DNA of 64,000 nucleotides, taken from positions 72-64,071 of the forward strand of contig CBCTFW010000012.1 of the NCBI GenBank assembly GCA_965146285.1, written 5' to 3'. This document shows positions 19,572-28,792 of this stretch, piece by piece. Numbering within the stretch: position 1 is the first letter of the stretch; the number at the start of each line of letters is the position of its first letter. The position numbers and the translations under genes are program-made. Under the pieces are notes generated by a model, which was not told where the DNA came from, did not search any database, and saw nothing but the letters and a program-made list of their open reading frames with translations. The DNA comes from an uncultured Collinsella sp. (lineage in GTDB: Bacteria; Actinomycetota; Coriobacteriia; Coriobacteriales; Coriobacteriaceae).

Positions 19572-21014
19572 CTAGGCGCGCAAGACCCCGCAGATGCGGT
19601 CAACCCAGGCACCGAACTCGCCGGGACAATCGGCATCACAATGACCCCGGCCCCAAACAAAGCCGTAATCGGCATCAACACCACGCTCGACAAGGGCACG
19701 GTAGAGGTTGAAGCTTGCAGAGAACGAATGGTCCGCGTCGCGCGAGCCCACGCGAATACGCACATGGGGCGCGATATCCGCAGGCTCAGAGCCCGTCGCA
19801 AAGGTCATGGGGTTGATGAGGCGCGCGCGGCATGCGCGATCCTCGGTCAGGTCGGCTTCGTAGGCGCCCGCCCCATCCACGGCAAGGGCGCGCATCGTCC
19901 TTGCCGTGGCGGGAGCAAAGTGACATTTATCTTCGGAATCGCCCTCGCAGGCACCCCACTCGCCCAGCTCTTGGTTCTCAGGAGCGGCCCCGTCCATGGG
20001 GTCAAACGCAGGGCAGCCCTTCATGCGGCCGATGTAGGCGCGTACGTAGGCGTCGAGATCCGTAATCGCGGGCTCGCCGTCCCGGATGGAGATAAACGAA
20101 TGGGCTGGGTCGAGCTCATCCACCAGCTCGATGCAATCGCCCGGGTCGGCACCCTCGGTTTCAAGGAAGGTCTTGAGCGAAGCGGAAAGATAGCTCATGA
20201 GCTCGTGATAGTACGAGCCGCTGCGGCCATCCTCGCCTAATTTGAGACCAAGAGGCAGACTGTTGACATATGCGGGATACGCATCGCCCAGAGCCTTCGA
20301 AAGCTTGGCCTCGTCCGCGCCAAGCACCGCAGGTGGACGCTTTGCGCCCATAGTGTAGATACGCTTGGAGCCAAACATCCACTCATATGCCATATCGGCA
20401 TGCTCGAGGTCCACGATGGGACAGTAGCACTGCGCAGCAAAGACATCGTCTCGCTCCCCCGTACAGGCGCCAATTTCCTCAAGATAGGGCAGATAGAGCG
20501 CACTGTTTGCGCTTGTAGCGACAAGTGAGCTCATGGCGCCGCCCGCACTTGTGCCCACCGAGACGATCCGATCGGTGTTTCCTGCCGGAAGCTCGTCGCG
20601 GTGGGCGCGCAACCAACAAATCGCTGCTTTGAGGTCGACGAGCACAGCTGGGGCCTTGCCGCAGGCTCGCCCCTCGGCATCACGTGTCTGACGTCCGCGA
20701 GCGCCCACGCTCACCAGGACAAACCCGTCCTTAAGATAACGGCGGTTACGCGGCGTGAGCGACGCCGGCTTACACTCCGCATAGCCGCCGATATCGTTAT
20801 AGAAAACGATGGGTATCTCTGCGGGAGCGTAAACCGTACCGCGCGGAGTCGTGACCGTGCCGACATCGCGCGGCGCTCCTTTTTTACCCATCAAGCTCTC
20901 GGGCACATAGATGTTGAGGCTCTGAAGCTCCGGCGCTACCGGCTTCTCGCAATAGCAGATACCTTCAACGGCATAGCAGCCGTCCTGGAGACGATATTCC
21001 CAATCAAGTGACAC
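19572..21014 (-). CDS. Subtype B (TanB-like) intracellular tannase / galloyl esterase
   Basis: GARGR, GKAPAVLVDLKAA, GTSAGG nucleophile elbow, YCPIVDLEHADMAYEW, RMK..AFD..PENQE, GSRDAD, WGRGH; GTG start after GGAGGG; no signal peptide. Confidence 0.88.
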   Translation of the reverse strand: MSLDWEYRLQDGCYAVEGICYCEKPVAPELQSLNIYVPESLMGKKGAPRDVGTVTTPRGTVYAPAEIPIVFYNDIGGYAECKPASLTPRNRRYLKDGFVLVSVGARGRQTRDAEGRACGKAPAVLVDLKAAICWLRAHRDELPAGNTDRIVSVGTSAGGAMSSLVATSANSALYLPYLEEIGACTGERDDVFAAQCYCPIVDLEHADMAYEWMFGSKRIYTMGAKRPPAVLGADEAKLSKALGDAYPAYVNSLPLGLKLGEDGRSGSYYHELMSYLSASLKTFLETEGADPGDCIELVDELDPAHSFISIRDGEPAITDLDAYVRAYIGRMKGCPAFDPMDGAAPENQELGEWGACEGDSEDKCHFAPATARTMRALAVDGAGAYEADLTEDRACRARLINPMTFATGSEPADIAPHVRIRVGSRDADHSFSASFNLYRALVERGVDADYGFVWGRGHCDADCPGEFGAWVDRICGVLRA

Positions 21015-21037
21015 GTTTCCCTCCAAATCAATCATTC

Positions 21038-21092
21038 TTATGCATTGCATAAATCATTTATTTACACAGCTGAGTGTATGCATAAATTATTC
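21038..21092. promoter_or_regulatory. Candidate operator in the tannase/RpiR divergent promoter
   Basis: Palindrome TTATGCA-T-TGCATAA (21038-21052); TGCATAAAT repeated at 21046 and 21079. Confidence 0.5.
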
Positions 21093-21234
21093 AACAGCAG
21101 AGAAAGGCTTCCGCCCAACGGTCGGTTTTATCCGGTAAACGGCGTGTTGAGTTTTCACATGAAAAGATCATTGATCCCCTGAGAGGTTTGAATGGAATAT
21201 TCTATACAGTGATTTTGAATACCCAGGAGGCACC

Positions 21235-21969
21235 GTGAACCCCATGCAGCTTATGGAGCTCCGTTCTGATCGGTTTACCCAAAACGACCAGCTCATCTAC
21301 AAAACCATCCTCGCCAACCCGCAGATGGTTGTATCCAAGACAACCAGCGATCTGGCAGCGGAGTGCGGTGTGTCGCAACCGGCGCTCTCGCGCTTTGTAA
21401 AGAACCTGGGCTACGTGCGTTACCGTGATTTCCGTTCGGATCTAGTTGCCTGGCTCACCGAGCAGGCTGCGAACGAGGAATCGTCCGACGAGCGACGCCC
21501 CTATTTCAACACCCTTTTTGGCACGCTCGAATCCGCAGAGAAAGTACTCGACGAGAAAACGATGCGCGACCTGGCAGCCTACGTTTGCAGCCACAAGCGC
21601 ATCTATGCCTCAGGAAGTGGCAAGAGCTACCAGCCTGCCAAGCTGTTCGAGATCATCATGCGGCGCAACGGGCGCGGCGTACACGCCGTTACCTCAGATG
21701 AAATCAAGGAACTCAGCGACTATATGGACGAAGAGGACCTTCTGGTGCTGTTCTCGGTCTCGGGGCGCAGGAGCAACATCCGGGACGCAGCCCAGGCAAC
21801 CGGAAAGCTCCTGTTAATCACTGCCAATCCCGCCTACGACTGCGCCCGGGCCGTCGACCGAGCCGTTGTGCTTCCCTATCGAGGAACCGACGCCGAAACT
21901 GCCTCCGTATCGCCCGTGCTCTTCGATGTGTTCGTAGAGCTACTCACGAACTATATAGCGGTGTCCTAG
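21235..21969 (+). CDS. MurR/RpiR family transcriptional regulator
   Basis: LAAECGVSQPALSRFVKNLGY HTH plus SIS domain (GSGKS, FSVSG); AGGAGG RBS. Confidence 0.92.
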   Translation: MNPMQLMELRSDRFTQNDQLIYKTILANPQMVVSKTTSDLAAECGVSQPALSRFVKNLGYVRYRDFRSDLVAWLTEQAANEESSDERRPYFNTLFGTLESAEKVLDEKTMRDLAAYVCSHKRIYASGSGKSYQPAKLFEIIMRRNGRGVHAVTSDEIKELSDYMDEEDLLVLFSVSGRRSNIRDAAQATGKLLLITANPAYDCARAVDRAVVLPYRGTDAETASVSPVLFDVFVELLTNYIAVS

Positions 21970-22108
21970 ACGTTATGGGCATGCAGGGCCTCACCCTGCC
22001 GAACCCTCGCTTTCCATAACTTGCGGCGTCTATCGTATGGTATCTATCGTACGGTTTCGGCGCATGGACCAAAACCGTACGAATAGCACCGCAAGTTATG
22101 AATATGGG

Positions 22109-23065
22109 CTAGGAGAGGAAGTCGACAAAAGCCGATTTGATTTCAGTGGCCTCGAGGGCCTCGCGGAGCCAGGGGGCCAGCTGCTCGGGGTGACCCTGCA
22201 GATAGCCGTCGAGCTCGGACGGGGTCACGCGGCGCACCTCCGAGATCTCCTCTTGGTTGATATGCAGCTCGCCCGGCTCAACATGGGCAAGGTAGACCTC
22301 ACACCATTCGCACTCGCAACGACCATCGCCGTGGTCCTCACGGTACACCACGTGTCCGAGGTGCTCGAGCTGATCGGGCTCGCGCGTAATGCCGAGCTCT
22401 TCGTTGATGCGGCGCGCCGTGGCGGCCGCGACGTCTTCCCCGGGGAGCGGATGGCCGGCACAGCTATCGGCCAGCACTCCGCCCCACAGTCGCTTGAGCG
22501 GACTGCGGCGACAGAGCAGCAGGCGCGCGTCTTCGCCCCGGCCCTCGACCAAAAGCGTCAGAAATGCCTGATGCAGGATGCCCTCGCCGGCATGGGCATC
22601 GATGCGGTCGACGGGGCCAAGCGCCTCGCCGGTCGCGGCATCGACCGCCACGACCTCGGCGCCCGCGCCGCCCTCATCCCAGCCGGCGCGCAGGATGCGC
22701 GCGGCGGCTTCCTCAAGCGCGGCGATGAGCTCCTTGGTGGTATCGAGCACGCGCTGCAGGTCGTCCCCGCTCGCCTGTTCAACATGAAAACCCGTGCTTG
22801 CAACGACCGGCACGCCAAAGCGCGTGGCCAGCGCCGCCGCGATATCGTGCGCCGGGATCTCATCGCGATGGCACGGAACGGCCAGAATGCTCACCGTCGC
22901 CGTACGGCCGGGCTCGGGGCGCGGAATGGCCTGCGCCGTGGCGCCCAGGTGCGCGAACTCCGGCGAGCAGGCGTACACCGCCATGCCTCGCGGCGTCACC
23001 GTCAGCTGGGCCTCGAGCACAAACTTGCCCTCGCCCACTGCAACCTTTGTCGTGTGCATACCCAT
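22109..23065 (-). CDS. Fusion: LpdD-like prFMN accessory domain plus type-1 IPP isomerase-like Nudix domain
   Basis: N-terminal HLG, HRD and GFHV match LpdD HIG/HKD/GIHV; C-terminal AH..LHQAF, RRSPLKRLWGG, DSCAGHP.PGE, RRINEELG, ECEWC, APW match the IDI-1 fold; AGGAG RBS. Confidence 0.8.
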   Translation of the reverse strand: MGMHTTKVAVGEGKFVLEAQLTVTPRGMAVYACSPEFAHLGATAQAIPRPEPGRTATVSILAVPCHRDEIPAHDIAAALATRFGVPVVASTGFHVEQASGDDLQRVLDTTKELIAALEEAAARILRAGWDEGGAGAEVVAVDAATGEALGPVDRIDAHAGEGILHQAFLTLLVEGRGEDARLLLCRRSPLKRLWGGVLADSCAGHPLPGEDVAAATARRINEELGITREPDQLEHLGHVVYREDHGDGRCECEWCEVYLAHVEPGELHINQEEISEVRRVTPSELDGYLQGHPEQLAPWLREALEATEIKSAFVDFLS

Positions 23066-23138
23066 GGGATCTCCTGTCGCCCGCGATGTACCTGAGACCA
23101 TCTTCGCCTGTATTGCGACTATACAGGCAAGCTTTCCA

Positions 23139-23167
23139 TGTGACAAAGGGACTGTCCCTTTGTCACA
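23139..23167. repeat. 29-bp REP-like palindrome copy
   Basis: TGTGACAAAGGGACTGTCCCTTTGTCACA, exact consensus. Confidence 0.9.
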
Positions 23168-23226
23168 TTCTGCTAGAGTTGCAGGGATTGAATCCCGCTT
23201 ATTCATGCGACATTGGAGTGACAACC

Positions 23227-24468
23227 TTGACCGCCGCAACCACGCCTAAAAGTAAGTCAACCGCCGCCGCGCTCTCCCCCGCGCGCACCAAGCTCTGCCT
23301 GGCGCTGCTCGTGCTGTTGGGATTCTCGCTCGGCTGCTCCGAGTTCGTGGTCATCGGCATCGAAAGTGACTTGGCGACGGAACTCGGCGTATCGCTTGCC
23401 ACCGCAGGCCAACTTATTAGCGTGTTCGCACTGATCTACGCTATCGCGACGCCGGTGCTCGCGCTCAGCACGGGGCGTTTTCGCCGCTACCAGCTGCTCG
23501 TGTGCTACAGCATCGTCTTTGTGCTGGGCAATCTTGTCATGGCTCTGGCGCCCAACTTCCAGGTGCTGTTCATCTCGCGCATCATCCTGGGCTCCGTCTC
23601 GGGCGCACTGCTCGCCGTGGGTGTGACGTACATCCCCGAGCTTCTGTCCCCGCAGCAAACTTCGCTTGCCATCTCGGTGGTATATGGTGCGTTTTCCGTG
23701 GCAATGGTCTTTGCCACTTCAATCGGCAAGTTTGTGGCCGACACGCTCGATTGGCACGTGGCCATGTACGGCACGCTTGCCTTTGCCGTTCTGATTTGCG
23801 GAGCGCTCGTGGCGTTTATGCCGCGCGCTGGGCAAACCGACGAGCCCGCCACCTTTCGCGAGCAGGCGGGTCTGCTACGCGAGCCGAGCATCATCACCGG
23901 CATGCTCATCTTTTTGTTTGGCGTGGGGTCGGTCTACGTTTTCTATGGCTACGTGACGCCTTATCTTGAGCAGGTGCTGGGCATGGGCACGGTCGAAGCC
24001 AGTACCACGCTCATGGCCTACGGCGTGTTCTGCCTGATCTCGAACATCCTGGGCGGATGGATCGATGCGCGCTTTGGCATGAAGGCGCTGCTTGCGACGT
24101 TTGCGCTGCAGGCTGCGGCGTTACTCGGGCTGTTTGCTGTGGGCGGCACCATGCCGCTCGCGCTGGTCTTTGTCTTCAGCTTGGCGCTGCTCATGTACCT
24201 GTTCTCGGTGTCGTGCATCACGCACTTTATGGACGTGGCACGCAGCCGCCATCCCAAGTCGATGGTACTCGCAAGTTCGGTTGAGCCCATGGCGTTTAAC
24301 GTCGGCATTTCGTTTGGCACCGCAGTGGGCGGTGCCGTGGTAAGCAGCGTTGGCATTGCGTACGTGGGCGCCGTGGGCGCCGCGTTCTCGCTTGTGGCCT
24401 GGGCGCTCACGCTGGTGACGATTAAGTTGGCTCGCTGGGAACGCAAGAGGACGATGGCGCAGGCGTAG
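23227..24468 (+). CDS. MFS transporter (DHA1/AraJ-like exporter)
   Basis: GCSEFVVIG, AGQLISVFAL, 12 TM segments, AFNVGISFG; TTG start after GGAG is inferred. Confidence 0.88.
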   Translation: MTAATTPKSKSTAAALSPARTKLCLALLVLLGFSLGCSEFVVIGIESDLATELGVSLATAGQLISVFALIYAIATPVLALSTGRFRRYQLLVCYSIVFVLGNLVMALAPNFQVLFISRIILGSVSGALLAVGVTYIPELLSPQQTSLAISVVYGAFSVAMVFATSIGKFVADTLDWHVAMYGTLAFAVLICGALVAFMPRAGQTDEPATFREQAGLLREPSIITGMLIFLFGVGSVYVFYGYVTPYLEQVLGMGTVEASTTLMAYGVFCLISNILGGWIDARFGMKALLATFALQAAALLGLFAVGGTMPLALVFVFSLALLMYLFSVSCITHFMDVARSRHPKSMVLASSVEPMAFNVGISFGTAVGGAVVSSVGIAYVGAVGAAFSLVAWALTLVTIKLARWERKRTMAQA

Positions 24469-24513
24469 ATGCGATACTCGAGCTCGATGATGGCGATCGA
24501 AAGGAAACCGCAT

Positions 24514-24960
24514 ATGCAACACGTACTGTTTATCTGTCATGGCAACATCTGCCGCTCGACGATGGCTGAGTCGGTGTTTACCGAGCTGGTGCGGCGCGCC
24601 GGACGCGCAGGCGAGTTTGTCATTGATTCCGCTGCGACCTCAACTGAGGAGATCGGCAACCCACCGCATCATGGCACGGTCGCCAAGCTACGTGAAGTCG
24701 GGATTCCCGTCGTTGCGCACCGTGCCCGCCAGGTGCGTCGCGCGGAGTATGGCGACTGGGATCACATTGTCTATATGGATGCTGAGAACGCGCGCGGCCT
24801 GCGTCGCATTTTTGTCAGCGATCCCGATGGCAAGATCTCGCGCCTGCTCGATTGGACCGATCGTCCCGGCGACGTGGCCGACCCCTGGTACACCGGCAAC
24901 TTCGACGCCACCTACCGCGATGTACTCGCCGGTTGCACCGCTATGCTCGAGCAGCTGTAG
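24514..24960 (+). CDS. Low molecular weight protein-tyrosine phosphatase
   Basis: CHGNICRS P-loop and DPWY. Confidence 0.95.
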   Translation: MQHVLFICHGNICRSTMAESVFTELVRRAGRAGEFVIDSAATSTEEIGNPPHHGTVAKLREVGIPVVAHRARQVRRAEYGDWDHIVYMDAENARGLRRIFVSDPDGKISRLLDWTDRPGDVADPWYTGNFDATYRDVLAGCTAMLEQL

Positions 24961-25003
24961 GCGCTCGGGCGGCGCGGGCACACGGGCCACGCCATCGGCA
25001 TAA

Positions 25004-25099
25004 AACGAGCGTGGATTTTCTCCCACTTTGAGCGTTCAAGTGCGCTCTATACGGAAGAAAATCCACGCTCGTTATCTCGGTGGGAGAAAATCCACGCTC
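25004..25099. repeat. Three copies of AGAAAATCCACGCTC (one inverted, two direct)
   Basis: Inverted copy at about 25007-25021; direct copies at 25056 and 25085. Confidence 0.7.
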
Positions 25100-25104
25100 A
25101 TGGA

Positions 25105-25133
25105 TGTGACAAAGGGACTGTCCCTTTGTCACA
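25105..25133. repeat. 29-bp REP-like palindrome copy
   Basis: Exact consensus, extended by GGA/TCC flanks. Confidence 0.9.
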
Positions 25134-25146
25134 TCCGGGACTGGCC

Positions 25147-26508
25147 CTAGACCGGCTTGACCTCCAGCTTTATCCCCTCGGCGCAGGAGTCGCCCAAAAC
25201 ATCCGAAAGGGCCCAGGTCGCATATAGCGGCAAATAGAGAACCGCTCCGTTGCGCTCAACGTTGCCTCTCGAGAAAACAATCCCGAGCCTTACGCCATAT
25301 TCAGCCGTATCAAGCACATGACCGAGCGCAGCGTGCGCGTGGTAATAGGAGCCCGATTTAACCTCGATCGGAACAGCCGTCCCATCCGGTCCATCGACCA
25401 CAAAGTCCACTTCACCGCGCTTTTTTGTCTGATAGTAGTAAAGCTGGCGATTTTGGGCAGCCAGCTGCTGGGCCACCACGTTTTCGTAAATGCCGCCCAG
25501 GTTGGGCTCCTTGCTATCAAGATACGCCGCTTGGGCGACTCCAACGGGGTAGCGCGCCATCAACATGCCCGTATCCGATTGATATAGCTTGAACTGCGAT
25601 GGCCGTGCCGTCTTAAGCAGGGGCGATTTTGGCTCGGTTACGATATCGGCTTTGAGAGCAACGCCGGCATCGACAAGCCATACAAAATCTCGCTGATACT
25701 TCTCGTAGTGAGCCTTGGGGTCAATGGAATTGAGCACGAAGCGCTTGTTTTCGCCCTCGAGCATAATAGGGAGCTGATCGTAGATGCTCTGCACCTGCAG
25801 GGCTCGCCCGCTTGCATACTTGGAGATATCCCGCCGGTACTGTTCGTTGAGCTCTGACTGTAGCTGACGAACAGAGGCAAGGTCGCCCTGCGTGTCAAGG
25901 AAACGCTGCACGACCTCCGGCATTCCGCCGACAACGGTATAGGTCCTGAAGTTTGCCATCATCGCGTCATGAATGTAATCAGGAATGGGCCTCTCGCTGA
26001 TACACGCGTCGCGTATCGTTTGGCGAGCCCCCTCGCTCACCCCGATTGCCCAGCAAAACTCCTCAAAATCGAGCGGGAACATCCTAAGCTCGTGGACATA
26101 CCCCACGGGATAGGACCTGACGCCCTTGAACTGGGTCCCGAGCATTGACCCCGAAAACGCCCAGCGGCACCTCCCGTCCTCTACAAGGAACTTTGCCATC
26201 GTCATGATGTCGGGGGCCTCTTGGACCTCATCGATAAACACGAGCGTTTTGCCTGGTGCAATCGACTTTCCCGAAAGAAGCGTCACCCTGCTGATGAAAT
26301 CATCGGCATTCCGCGCCTCGAGAAGAGCATCTTTTGCCTGGCGATTTTCCATGAGATTGAGCTCGATGTAGGTTGCATGGCTGGCTTTGCCAAATGCGCG
26401 AATCGAATAGCTTTTGCCGATCTGGCGAGAACCCGTGATGAATAAGGCCTTTTGCTCGGCAGACTTCAGCCAACGCTCCAGCTCTGCCGCTATTTTCCTG
26501 CGCAGCAT
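25147..26508 (-). CDS. AAA_14 ATPase with DUF4143 / PD-(D/E)XK-like C-terminus
   Basis: GSRQIGKS, FIDEVQ, GGMPE, KLYQSDTG, ENVV, EVDFVV..PIEVKSG. Confidence 0.88.
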   Translation of the reverse strand: MLRRKIAAELERWLKSAEQKALFITGSRQIGKSYSIRAFGKASHATYIELNLMENRQAKDALLEARNADDFISRVTLLSGKSIAPGKTLVFIDEVQEAPDIMTMAKFLVEDGRCRWAFSGSMLGTQFKGVRSYPVGYVHELRMFPLDFEEFCWAIGVSEGARQTIRDACISERPIPDYIHDAMMANFRTYTVVGGMPEVVQRFLDTQGDLASVRQLQSELNEQYRRDISKYASGRALQVQSIYDQLPIMLEGENKRFVLNSIDPKAHYEKYQRDFVWLVDAGVALKADIVTEPKSPLLKTARPSQFKLYQSDTGMLMARYPVGVAQAAYLDSKEPNLGGIYENVVAQQLAAQNRQLYYYQTKKRGEVDFVVDGPDGTAVPIEVKSGSYYHAHAALGHVLDTAEYGVRLGIVFSRGNVERNGAVLYLPLYATWALSDVLGDSCAEGIKLEVKPV

Positions 26509-26532
26509 AGGCTCTCCCCTCAGTGTCATCAA

Positions 26533-26608
26533 ATGAAATGCAAAGTTTTATGCGCTTAATTATCGATGAAATGTAGGATTTTTAGAACCTAAAATCGGAT
26601 GAAATGCA
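26533..26608. repeat. Phased direct repeats (ATGAAATG, 33-bp period) upstream of the AAA ATPase
   Basis: Copies at 26533, 26566 and 26599. Confidence 0.7.
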
Positions 26609-26652
26609 GAGATTTAGGATTATAAGCAAAAAGAAGGGGCAGCCCCGGCGAA

Positions 26653-26681
26653 TGTGACAAAGGGACTGTCCCTTTGTCACA
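26653..26681. repeat. 29-bp REP-like palindrome copy
   Basis: Exact consensus. Confidence 0.9.
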
Positions 26682-26691
26682 TTGCGCTCGA

Positions 26692-27027
26692 CTACTCGTC
26701 GACGATCTCGGCAAGCCAGACGTTCAGCGTATCGACCTCGGGGCAGCAGAACTTTGCCGTACCGGGCTCGTTGCCAGGCACGGTTCCGCCATAGCGCAGG
26801 ATATCGATATAGGGAAAGCCCACATGGCAGGCCATGGCACACATCTTGCCGCGGTCTCGGTCGAAGTCAAAAACGTCGCCCGGCTTGTGACCATGGTGGC
26901 AGCGGCACGCACCCAGCTGGTCCACGCAGCTCACGCGGATGCGCGGACGCTTGCCCCGCGGCGCGCCGAGCGGCTTGTTCTCGCCCGCAGGCTTGGCGCC
27001 GCCCTCGCCAGCATTACTCATGGTCAA
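26692..27027 (-). CDS. TIGR04076-like Cys-rich protein
   Basis: C..GHKPGDVF, MCAMA and CCP motifs; overlaps the pdxK stop. Confidence 0.75.
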   Translation of the reverse strand: MTMSNAGEGGAKPAGENKPLGAPRGKRPRIRVSCVDQLGACRCHHGHKPGDVFDFDRDRGKMCAMACHVGFPYIDILRYGGTVPGNEPGTAKFCCPEVDTLNVWLAEIVDE

Positions 27028-27838
27028 TCACATCCAGGCAGGCCTCGATGGGAAGGCCAGCCGACTTGTCCTCTTGGTCGGCATTGCGCTCGATAAGCTC
27101 AGCCACCACGCGCATGGCATCGGACGTCGCGCGTTGCAAACTCCAACCTGCCATAACGCGGCCGACGAGCACCGCCGAGAACGTGTCACCCGTGCCCGGG
27201 AAATAGACCGGGATCAGGTCGAAGGGAATCGTGAAGTACTCCCCCGCCACATGGTCGTAACCGATGACGACATTCGCACCGTCGACCACAGCGCTCGTAA
27301 TGACCACCGACTTGGCGCCCAGGGCACGCACGGCATCCACAAGAGTGCGGCCCTCATCGGGCGTGATTTGCTCGGCAATGGGCGTATCGGTGAGCAGGCA
27401 CGCCTCGGTGTAGTTTGGCACCGCATAGTCGGCGCACTCGAGCAGGCTGCGCATGAGACCGATCGTGGACTCGGGCACGCCGGCGTAGAGCTTGCCGTTG
27501 TCGCCCATGATGGGGTCGACGAACACCTTGGTACCCTTTTGCGCGCGACGGTGGCAGAAGTCCGAAATGATGCGCGTCTCTTCCTCGGTCACGATAAAGC
27601 CGGTAGAGATGGCGTCGAACTCAAAGCCGAGCTCCTCCCAGATGGCGAGGCTCTGGCGCACGTACTCGGTGGTGTCGTGGATGTAGAACTTGGGATAGTT
27701 GAGCGTATCGGACACAAGTGCCGTCGGCAGGTTGTGGATGCGGTAGCCCATGTGCGACAGCACCGGCAGCATGGCGGAAAGCGCGACCTTGCCGTAGCCG
27801 CACATATCGTTGATCAGCAGCAGCTGAGTGTTCTTCAT
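27014..27838 (-). CDS. pdxK: Pyridoxal/pyridoxamine kinase (PfkB family)
   Basis: INDMCGYGKVAL, LPTALVS, VDPIMGDNGKLY, PNYTEA, GTGD. Confidence 0.88.
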   Translation of the reverse strand: MKNTQLLLINDMCGYGKVALSAMLPVLSHMGYRIHNLPTALVSDTLNYPKFYIHDTTEYVRQSLAIWEELGFEFDAISTGFIVTEEETRIISDFCHRRAQKGTKVFVDPIMGDNGKLYAGVPESTIGLMRSLLECADYAVPNYTEACLLTDTPIAEQITPDEGRTLVDAVRALGAKSVVITSAVVDGANVVIGYDHVAGEYFTIPFDLIPVYFPGTGDTFSAVLVGRVMAGWSLQRATSDAMRVVAELIERNADQEDKSAGLPIEACLDVIDHE

Positions 27839-28285
27839 GAGGGTCTCCCTTGGTTCGGGCACGGCGCAGCAGCGCCACAGTGCGACTAAGTGTAGCGCAG
27901 GGGACGTTGTGAGCGGAGTCGAGCAGCGCGAAGGGTAAATTGTTGCGGAAAGGTTACGGAAAATGATCCCTTTTCCTCCGTCCCCAAGGGATTGCATGCA
28001 CCGAAACGGACCGTGGCGGAATCACAGGTTGAGGACGGACAGCGAAAACGTTCCTAAGCGAGCAAGGTGGCGTGAAAGAGGAGGGCATAGGCCTTGTGGC
28101 CATGCACGACGATTGAACGCCAGATTGCCGCTTAGGAGCGTTTGCAGCGTCGAGCGGTTACGGCGTTTGGCAAAACGCCGTAACTTAATAAGTTTGGTAC
28201 CTTGACATTCATTTCTCATGCTCCTAGATTGGTTAGGCACAAAACAATTCCACTACCTAACTAAAGAAAGGAGCAACACTAATTC

Positions 28286-28792
28286 ATGTGCGATGAACCT
28301 CTTAACCTTTGTTCGCACGAGCCCGGCGGCGACCCGTCACAGCCGGCGGATGCACCCGAAGCGGTTAGCTCAGAAGACAAGCTTGCCAAGCGCATCCTCA
28401 ATGGCCTGGGCTTTTGCGGCCATTACATGCATTTTCATGGCGGAGGCGTGTCCGGCAAGGCGCCCATCATCTGCCTGCTGGCCAAGCAACCCGGCGGCGA
28501 GATGTCGCAGCAGGAACTCGGCATGCACTTTGACCTCAAGCCGGGGTCGCTTTCCGAGATCCTGTCCAAACTCGAGCTCAACGGCCTCATCGAGCGCAGC
28601 CGTAACCCCAAGGATCGACGGCAGCTCACCATTCGCCTGACCGAAACCGGCCGGGAAAACGCCCGCATCGACCAGGCAGCCCGCATTCGCTTTAGAGAGA
28701 AGGCCTTTGGTGCCCTCACCCACGACGAGCGCGAGCAGCTCGCCGAAATGCTCGAGAAAATCCGTGTAACCTGGGAGGAACTGGATGATTAA
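28286..28792 (+). CDS. MarR family transcriptional regulator
   Basis: SQQEL..SLSEILSKLE..GLIER..DRR..LTETG; GAAAGGAG RBS. Confidence 0.93.
   Translation: MCDEPLNLCSHEPGGDPSQPADAPEAVSSEDKLAKRILNGLGFCGHYMHFHGGGVSGKAPIICLLAKQPGGEMSQQELGMHFDLKPGSLSEILSKLELNGLIERSRNPKDRRQLTIRLTETGRENARIDQAARIRFREKAFGALTHDEREQLAEMLEKIRVTWEELDD

Noticed and set aside
22109..22690. Calling the Nudix domain a bona fide idi gene
   Set aside because: The catalytic Cys position is Ala and the domain is fused to an LpdD-like domain; isomerase activity cannot be assumed
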